Below are positions 57,568-64,000 of a stretch of 64,000 bases of DNA, piece by piece. The stretch lies in the IMG/VR virus record IMGVR_UViG_3300044826_000112. One strand, given 5' to 3'. Under the pieces are notes generated by a model, which ran no database searches, had not been told where the DNA came from, and saw only the letters and a list, made by a program, of their open reading frames with translations. Both the position numbers and the translations under genes were made by a program. This DNA is from a virus. Numbering within the stretch: the stretch's first letter is position 1; the number at the start of each line of letters is the position of its first letter.

Positions 57568-57831
57568 ATGCCCAGAACTTCTACAGATAGAGTCTTCGTC
57601 AACATCATCATGAGTCTTGTACTAGTCGTACTCATCGTCTTGGTGACGTATATCCTGAGCGGCCTGTTAGGCAAGAATAAAGCAGTAAATCTCGAGGGAC
57701 CGTTCTGGTTGGATTCGCTTGTATGCACCGAAAGCGTGTGTACAATGTCCATCCGAAACAGTTATGAAAACCGAATGGAGGTCATTGTAAGTCGTGAAAC
57801 AGCAAATCATGTCTATGGTATTAGTCGCTAG
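57568..57831 (+). CDS. Small membrane protein
   Basis: N-terminal TM; downstream of promoter motif 57540. Confidence 0.6.
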   Translation: MPRTSTDRVFVNIIMSLVLVVLIVLVTYILSGLLGKNKAVNLEGPFWLDSLVCTESVCTMSIRNSYENRMEVIVSRETANHVYGISR

Positions 57832-57988
57832 TCTGCTGACTGGCTGCACTCAAACCGCCCCTGAAGAGAGACGCTTCGTGTGCAACATCTACACAATCGA
57901 CTCTATGAAGTCGTTTGCAGTCAACTCTACTGAGGCCAAAGAGTGCCGCCATCAAGGTGGTATCGTGCGGTTCGTAGACACTCCGTAA
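57794..57988 (+). CDS. Small lipoprotein
   Basis: VLVASLLTG-C lipobox. Confidence 0.6.
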   Translation: MKQQIMSMVLVASLLTGCTQTAPEERRFVCNIYTIDSMKSFAVNSTEAKECRHQGGIVRFVDTP

Positions 57989-58055
57989 TGATCTGAAGGT
58001 GGACTTTTGTTGATACGTTAGTATAATCGGCGTACTAACCAACAAGGAGTCCACC

Positions 58056-58430
58056 ATGATCACTATCGAGAAACAAGAGCACATCGACGCAATCAAGGCT
58101 GAGGCAGAAATTTTTACCCAGTCCTGGAAGCGAATCGCCCATTCCGCCCAGCAGATCAATGCCCTGAACGGGTTTTGGGATGGTGAGCGTAACAAGGGTG
58201 AGATGATTGCTCTCATGCACTCCGAGCTGTCTGAAGCTCTTGAAGCCCTTCGTAAAGATGCGAATGACGACAAGATCCCTCAGTACCTCGGAGAAGAAGC
58301 TGAGCTGGCAGATGCCGTGATCCGCGTAATGGATTACGACGCAGGGTTCTCTCTGCGTATTGCGGAAGCGATCATCGACAAGCTCGTGTTCAATGCAGGC
58401 CGGGAGCCTAAGCATGGCAAGAAGTTCTGA
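58056..58430 (+). CDS. MazG-like NTP pyrophosphohydrolase
   Basis: IALMHSELSEALEALRK, EELADAVIR-type motif (EAELADAVIRVMD), K..FN..R..KHGKKF. Confidence 0.85.
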   Translation: MITIEKQEHIDAIKAEAEIFTQSWKRIAHSAQQINALNGFWDGERNKGEMIALMHSELSEALEALRKDANDDKIPQYLGEEAELADAVIRVMDYDAGFSLRIAEAIIDKLVFNAGREPKHGKKF

Positions 58431-58744
58431 TCGTCTGATTGACAGAGATCTGTATTACAAAGGGGCTCCTCGCGGGCCCCTTCTTGATTTCAAGGCAATC
58501 ATTTTCGCTAACTTACTGACGTACCTCAACGAAGATCTAGAGGATTCCGACAGCATTCGCAAGGATGATCGAGGCATCTCTTACTGGGGCCGGTACGGTG
58601 TGTTCGAGTTCTACATGGGCAGCGATAGCGTAAGCATCCGCTACTCTGAAGCGTTCCCAGCACACAGACCTCTACTAGTACTGTTCGAGTATCTCGAAGG
58701 TTACGTTGATATCATCAAAGTAGTCATGGAGATTGAGAAAGCCT

Positions 58745-59113
58745 ATGCAGACTATACTCACAGTGGCTAAGCGATTCAGCGGACATGTGCCTACCCATAT
58801 GGCCGCAGACTTCGAGCATATCCTCAACCGGATAGGTGGAGGCGATGCCCGTTGTAAGATCGAGAAGATCATCGAGATTGACGGCAACCCTCGAATGTTC
58901 TTCGAAGTCAGTATCTCCCCTCGTCGTCCGTTTGAACTGAGAATGAGGTTCACATCAGCCGGTTGGTTGCATATGGAAGTAGCAGCAACCCGGGATGGTG
59001 CAGCTTTGTTCTTTGGACTTGCGGACATCCTTTTACAAGTCGGCGTTGATATATGGGAAGGGGTAACTCCTCAGAACATGCGTACCCTTGCCGAAGGACT
59101 TGAAACTACCTGA
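58745..59113 (+). CDS. Hypothetical protein
   Basis: ORF in operon. Confidence 0.55.
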   Translation: MQTILTVAKRFSGHVPTHMAADFEHILNRIGGGDARCKIEKIIEIDGNPRMFFEVSISPRRPFELRMRFTSAGWLHMEVAATRDGAALFFGLADILLQVGVDIWEGVTPQNMRTLAEGLETT

Positions 59114-59150
59114 AGTAAAATGTCACATCTGACATTTAAGGACCTATTAC

Positions 59151-59387
59151 ATGAAGATCGAAATCTTTGGCCGTTCGGCCCCTCATTGCCCATTCTGTGA
59201 AGCCGCTAAGAGTTTCTGCGAGCGTTTCGGTAAGGAGTTCACCTACTCCGACATGTCGAAAGGCGAGTGGGATCCTGCTCAAATGGCTGAGCGTCTGGGT
59301 CATCCCGTACGTACAGTTCCGGCTGTATTCGTCGATGACAAGTTCATCGGTGGTGCAGCAGAACTCGGGGATCTTCTCCGCAAGTAA
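59151..59387 (+). CDS. Glutaredoxin
   Basis: CPFC, TVP, FIGG. Confidence 0.9.
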   Translation: MKIEIFGRSAPHCPFCEAAKSFCERFGKEFTYSDMSKGEWDPAQMAERLGHPVRTVPAVFVDDKFIGGAAELGDLLRK

Positions 59388-59430
59388 ACCAAAAGGCTCC
59401 TTCGGGAGCCTTTTACATTAGGGTTAGAGT

Positions 59431-59817
59431 ATGTTCTACGACAACTTTCGCTTGAACAATCGCAACTACACCTTGGCCAACATGGACTTCAATCACATCA
59501 GCATCGAGCGGATGATCGAGGCGGCCAGAGCCAAGCTAGGTTTCCCGTTCAGAGATCTGATAGTAGAAGGACATGACTGGCCTGGTGCCATCAACGTTTC
59601 CTACTACGAGCGTCTGCGGGAAGCTTACGAGACCGCTCGTTACCCAGAGCTCGAGTTGGAAGATGCTCTGCGGCATATCGATGGTTATGTAATCCTCGAT
59701 GATGAGGACAGCATCGTAACCCTCCTCAACGCTTACTTATCTGTCGGTGCTGGCCGGGAAGTCTGCCTGCACGACGTTTCACCCCACAAGGTCATTCGCT
59801 TCGACCTTTCACACTAA
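59431..59817 (+). CDS. Hypothetical protein
   Basis: Begins MFYDN, like the next gene. Confidence 0.65.
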   Translation: MFYDNFRLNNRNYTLANMDFNHISIERMIEAARAKLGFPFRDLIVEGHDWPGAINVSYYERLREAYETARYPELELEDALRHIDGYVILDDEDSIVTLLNAYLSVGAGREVCLHDVSPHKVIRFDLSH

Positions 59818-59827
59818 GGAGAACACC

Positions 59828-60319
59828 ATGTTCTACGATAACAATCCTTCACTGATCCCTTCCCTGCTCCTCGTAGAGGTAGGCGATTGGTCCCGAGATG
59901 GGCACAACGAATCCACAGTTTATCCACTGCACTGGGAGGGTCTGCATCCTGGCGACAATGCCCAGAAGATGTTCGAAAACTTCCTGGACGTAGGTGCCAA
60001 GAAGATGGGTGTAGATCTGCGTGAAGAGATCTGCTCTGACTACGAGGACGACAAGCTGCCGGTCAAGAAGATCCAGCCTCTGTACGACGCCATCATGGAC
60101 CTGCGGATCAACGTAAGTCTGCTGGCTCCGTTCAAACGTATGGGCCTGGAGTTCATCGACAGTGTTCTCCAAAAGGATGGTGGGGTAGCTGATAAGAAAG
60201 ACTACGTCTTCTTGATCTACCTGCAGGCATGCGTAGGGGCAGGCGTAGCTTTGCCGATTACTCTGGTAGATCGCTCTTCCTGCAAGATTGGCGGTTATGG
60301 CCTGTTCAGTGTGGGGTAA
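59828..60319 (+). CDS. GDxSxDGH-family paralog 1
   Basis: VGDWSRDGHN...IGGYGLF. Confidence 0.75.
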   Translation: MFYDNNPSLIPSLLLVEVGDWSRDGHNESTVYPLHWEGLHPGDNAQKMFENFLDVGAKKMGVDLREEICSDYEDDKLPVKKIQPLYDAIMDLRINVSLLAPFKRMGLEFIDSVLQKDGGVADKKDYVFLIYLQACVGAGVALPITLVDRSSCKIGGYGLFSVG

Positions 60320-60322
60320 TCT

Positions 60323-60808
60323 ATGATCTCCGTATTCGATTCGTGGAAGGATGAGGTCCAACCGGGCCTCTTTAACATCTTCGTAGGGGATGACAGTGGG
60401 GATGGCCATGGGCATTGCTTCCGCACCACTATAGCCTGGCCGGATTTCGCACCTGAGTTCTCCCATAAGGAGATGAAAGAGCGTTTCAATGAGATGCTCA
60501 CTAAGGGTGACGAGATCCTTCAGACGCAACTGCTTAGTCTGTGCTCTGCGTATGGTGACATTGAAATCCCGATGAGCTATATCAAACGCTTGCTCGGGTA
60601 CATCGAGGATATGGGATACATTGATGAGGCTGACAGCATCCGCAAGGAGGTAGCTCTCAGCTCCGACCCAGAAATCTACTACGCCGACACCTGCACTTGG
60701 ATCTACTTGATCCTCTGGCATGCTATCGTCGGTAATGGCCATTTCATCCCGTTCAAGATCGTCAACATCGTAGAAGTAGATGGCGGCGGTTACGGGTTCT
60801 TCTCATAG
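60323..60808 (+). CDS. GDxSxDGH-family paralog 2
   Basis: VGDDSGDGHG...GGGYGFF. Confidence 0.75.
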   Translation: MISVFDSWKDEVQPGLFNIFVGDDSGDGHGHCFRTTIAWPDFAPEFSHKEMKERFNEMLTKGDEILQTQLLSLCSAYGDIEIPMSYIKRLLGYIEDMGYIDEADSIRKEVALSSDPEIYYADTCTWIYLILWHAIVGNGHFIPFKIVNIVEVDGGGYGFFS

Positions 60809-60815
60809 GTAACTT

Positions 60816-61250
60816 ATGAACTTCAACAGTCTGTTTGAACTCCTGATCGGCGATACCAGCCATGACGGACACGGCCAGGTCAGCTGCTACGCATACCAAT
60901 GGGTGGGTGATATGGCAGATCTGGACTACGACTCTGCAAGCGAGGCTTTCGAGAACCTCCTGGCTCTGGGGCGTAACATCATGTCTATCCCGAAAAACAT
61001 GATCTACGAGAAGTACATCCCTGAGGCCTACTACTCCAAGATTCTGGAGTATGCCGAGCAGTTCAACCCTGATCTCGTAGAACACATCAAGGGTGAGTGT
61101 GAGATCATATCTGGTAACGTGAACCTGCATGAAGATGCCTATCTGAGCATCATGCTGGCCATCGCTACTGTGGGCTACGGGAGTCCTCTCCCGATCAAGT
61201 CTGTCGAGATCCCAGCTATTGACCTGGGTGGATACGACATTCTGGCGTAA
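60816..61250 (+). CDS. GDxSxDGH-family paralog 3
   Basis: IGDTSHDGHG...LGGYDIL. Confidence 0.75.
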   Translation: MNFNSLFELLIGDTSHDGHGQVSCYAYQWVGDMADLDYDSASEAFENLLALGRNIMSIPKNMIYEKYIPEAYYSKILEYAEQFNPDLVEHIKGECEIISGNVNLHEDAYLSIMLAIATVGYGSPLPIKSVEIPAIDLGGYDILA

Positions 61251-61337
61251 CTGATAGAGGGCTCAACGGCCCTCTTTCTTGGTATAAGTACCTTGGAGTC
61301 GATGAGATCGACCTAATCATAACTAAAAGAGGCTATT

Positions 61338-62057
61338 ATGAAATTTCATCTGTACGTACCTGTGGAAGAAGAAGGTAAAGAGCCGCCTACCCGCATCCGT
61401 ACCTTGATCGGTCAGATGCACCTGGCTGGTCACACCTTCTGCTCAGAAGTAGGAGATACTGCTGACGGCTCTATCACCTTCCATCAGTTCACCGATGTAG
61501 AAGATCCGGCATGCACCCTGTTCTTCATGACACTCGAGAACAAATACGGCAAGTTCCTGTGTGACTCTACCGTTACTAGCTATCCCCTGCTCATGCAGTG
61601 GATCGACGAGTGCTTCGTAGAGCCTCAAGGCCTTGGTGCTGCTCTGTATGTCCTGTTCAGCCCGAACAAAGGCTTCGCCATGCTGATGAGCGAGAAGCGT
61701 GGCCTCACTTTCCCGGGTGGTAAGATCGAAGAAGGGGAGGAACCCTACGAGGCGTGTATCAGGGAGGTGATGGAGGAGACTGGTATGATTGCCAAGATCC
61801 ATCCCAAAGCATCCTTCCAGATGATGTGTGGTACATGCCGGTGCCACGTACATGTCTGCATCGAGGATAGTGCAGAGGTTCTTCCAAATGAGTTCGGTCC
61901 TCAACCTGAATTCGCTCATGAAGGTAAGGGCGTTTGGAATCCGTACACTCTTCCGAGCAAGTACTGTGGGTTCAACGAGCGGGTATATCAGACCGTTCTG
62001 TCTATGGCTGGCATCTGGGGTCACGTACGTGAGCATGGAATCACAGCTGCTGACTGA
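61338..62057 (+). CDS. NUDIX hydrolase with N-terminal extension
   Basis: GGKIEEGEEPYEACIREVMEETG Nudix box. Confidence 0.9.
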   Translation: MKFHLYVPVEEEGKEPPTRIRTLIGQMHLAGHTFCSEVGDTADGSITFHQFTDVEDPACTLFFMTLENKYGKFLCDSTVTSYPLLMQWIDECFVEPQGLGAALYVLFSPNKGFAMLMSEKRGLTFPGGKIEEGEEPYEACIREVMEETGMIAKIHPKASFQMMCGTCRCHVHVCIEDSAEVLPNEFGPQPEFAHEGKGVWNPYTLPSKYCGFNERVYQTVLSMAGIWGHVREHGITAAD

Positions 62058-62231
62058 GATTCGTCTCGGGATAGCTCTAGGCGGTCGTCCTAAGGTGATC
62101 GTCGCCAACTTGGCCAAAAGCGGGAGGTATCCCGCTTCTGCCCTTCTCATCGGACTCTTGAAGTCCAAGCATCCAGAACAGATCGTGGAGGAGCTCATAC
62201 CTGCACACGATCAAGCACTCCAGGAGGAGAA

Positions 62232-62444
62232 ATGCAGTCTGTTAATGATTTAGTGATGTCGTATGACGAGATGAACGCCATGGTAGGCGAGATGCTCAAG
62301 AAGAAAGGTTTCATAGGTCCAGGTAACTCTGTCGCCGTCAATGTGTTGACAGTAGATCGTCACCAAGGTGAGGGGTTCAAGCTGCGGGTCTCTGTAACGA
62401 CTCCAGACGTCCCTGAGAAGCCAGAGGGGCCTATCTCGCGGTAA
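62232..62444 (+). CDS. Small hypothetical protein
   Basis: AGGAGG RBS. Confidence 0.6.
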   Translation: MQSVNDLVMSYDEMNAMVGEMLKKKGFIGPGNSVAVNVLTVDRHQGEGFKLRVSVTTPDVPEKPEGPISR

Positions 62445-62516
62445 CCATATTGCCGAACTCTCAGAATCGCTCCTAGAGCGTCTGAGAGCGTCTGAGGGGG
62501 CGTTGCACCCCCTCTT

Positions 62517-62807
62517 TTAGCCTACGTTCACATTCCCAGAGCACCCCCCGGCAATCTTATCTCCGCATCCACAAGAACTTCCCATCTTTGCCAACGGTTT
62601 CCCGTTAACGAAGACGGTTCCAGACCCTGCAGATACAGTTACGGCGTGCGGAGGGTTATCCGGCTTGCTGTGACTGACAGAGTTATGACCTACAGTTACT
62701 GCTCCGACACCATTGATATTGACGTTAGGAGAGCAATCAGGGATGGATACGGGTGGGAATCCATCATGACCTGCTGTAGTACACCCTTTTTTAGCTGCTG
62801 CTGCCAT
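62517..62807 (-). CDS. PAAR-domain spike tip protein
   Basis: TAGHDGFPP, SPNVNING, H..H, GSGTVFVNGKPLA, CGD. Confidence 0.88.
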   Translation of the reverse strand: MAAAAKKGCTTAGHDGFPPVSIPDCSPNVNINGVGAVTVGHNSVSHSKPDNPPHAVTVSAGSGTVFVNGKPLAKMGSSCGCGDKIAGGCSGNVNVG

Positions 62808-62816
62808 ATCTACTCC

Positions 62817-63932
62817 TTAGTTCAGGTTGATAGTCGATGCTTTCACGTCAAAGGAACCGCCTGCGTTGAACTTCACGTTACCGGATGCATTAAATTGCAT
62901 ATCCCCGGATGTGGTGACTGTAAGCTTGCCATTGGTGTTTGCATCGATAACCACAGCACCATTGGAGTTAATTCTGATTCCCCGCTTGTCGATGTCGACT
63001 TTCCAGTTTGTTCCGACATCCAGGTGGATAGAGGTTTCGTCCATCTTATAGTAAGAGGTGTCTCCTCCATGGACTTTGATAGAGGCGATATTCTCCGCAC
63101 GGATCTCTTCCATCCGGCTAGATCCTCCTGCGTTCTGGGAAAGTACTCTGACACGACCTGTAATAAACTTCTCAGTGGTGCGTCTAAGAGCGTTGGCGGC
63201 ATCATAGAGATATTCTCTGAAGTAGGATCCGTCATCTGCAGCACTAGATCCAGCACCTGCTGTCGCGTATCCCTTTCCGATAGACTCCCCTGCTTGAGCC
63301 ATTCCTTCAAAGCGTTTGACGGTTGCTCTCTCACTTCTCGAATCGGCTTGAGATCGATATAGCTCGTAAACGGAGAATAGTTTTCCACGTGTGCTTACCT
63401 TGTAAGTTGCGTCCATATCCGTGAAGAGCTCGTAGTTACGAGACACTACGCGAACCAAGTCTCCTAGCTTAGAGACGATGATCTGAGACATGGAGGAGGA
63501 CTTAAGGATGGCCGTACCAGATCTCAGCAATGCGATGATACCACCCATCTTGTTGGATAGCACGCGGTCACCTGGACGTACATCTTGAGGATTCTTGCGG
63601 TCACCCTTGATCCCGTTACTCTTCATAGGAGAGTAGTCGGCGATGTCAGGAGTTGCCGATGCGGCACCCTTAATGCCGGGCATTGGGACGTCACCAACAG
63701 ATGCTACCGGTAGGTATCCGGTAATGTAGAAACTGCCGTTTCTCTGCTCGATTTGAACCTCATCACCTTCGGATGGGATCGATACGTCTGAACTGGAGGG
63801 GGACATCCAGCGAACGTTGGAGATAGGACGTCTATCTCGAGTCAGGCATTTGCACACACTACGCTGAACGTCTACGGCGATTACCGTAGCTTCATTCGTG
63901 CTGCTTACGTCAGGTTTGCTTTGTCCGAACAT
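62817..63932 (-). CDS. Baseplate central spike (gp5/gpV-like)
   Basis: OB-fold-like N-terminus (IPSEGDEV), beta-helix-type C-terminus ending INLN; adjacent to PAAR. Confidence 0.75.
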   Translation of the reverse strand: MFGQSKPDVSSTNEATVIAVDVQRSVCKCLTRDRRPISNVRWMSPSSSDVSIPSEGDEVQIEQRNGSFYITGYLPVASVGDVPMPGIKGAASATPDIADYSPMKSNGIKGDRKNPQDVRPGDRVLSNKMGGIIALLRSGTAILKSSSMSQIIVSKLGDLVRVVSRNYELFTDMDATYKVSTRGKLFSVYELYRSQADSRSERATVKRFEGMAQAGESIGKGYATAGAGSSAADDGSYFREYLYDAANALRRTTEKFITGRVRVLSQNAGGSSRMEEIRAENIASIKVHGGDTSYYKMDETSIHLDVGTNWKVDIDKRGIRINSNGAVVIDANTNGKLTVTTSGDMQFNASGNVKFNAGGSFDVKASTINLN

Positions 63933-64000
63933 GATTACTCCAAACTAGAAGGGCCCCGAAGGGCCCTATCTTTTAGCGAAGGTCGACTGGGACAACCCGG

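Noticed and set aside
57568-57988. Rz/Rz1 spanin pair
   Set aside because: A TM gene overlapping a lipoprotein gene fits superficially, but there is no coiled-coil periplasmic domain, the pair follows the accessory promoter motif, and it is far from the lysis genes.

Overview
A 64-kb segment of a large myovirus-type (contractile-tail, probably jumbo) bacteriophage genome. The host is probably a gammaproteobacterium, inferred from codon style and E. coli-like NrdAB and ArfA. Plus-strand blocks (1-26.5 kb, 45.4-50.5 kb, 54.6-62.5 kb) hold accessory and nucleotide-metabolism genes: 3 tRNAs, DHFR, ArfA, YqeY, SPFH, an HD hydrolase, Ro60, RuvC-like, NrdA/B/D, dNMP kinase, MazG, glutaredoxin, NUDIX and a retron-like RT. 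Many sit behind a recurrent GGTATAA-NNA-YTNTG(G/T)AG motif. Minus-strand blocks hold lysis, baseplate, tape measure, tail chaperone (-1 frameshift), terminase, spike/PAAR and a sigma factor. Highlights: (1) an apparently complete phage-encoded ubiquitin-like conjugation operon (tandem di-Ubl precursor, E2, JAB, E1; PRTRC-like); (2) an HD-hydrolase/Ro60 gene pair bracketed by two ~500-600 nt highly structured putative ncRNAs, one carrying repeated GAGG-UAA-CCUC hairpins; (3) a retron-like RT operon with no obvious adjacent msr/msd, next to one copy of a duplicated ~280-bp inverted-repeat element; (4) a short ArfA missed by the ORF track. All family assignments come from motif recognition by eye; no database searches were run.
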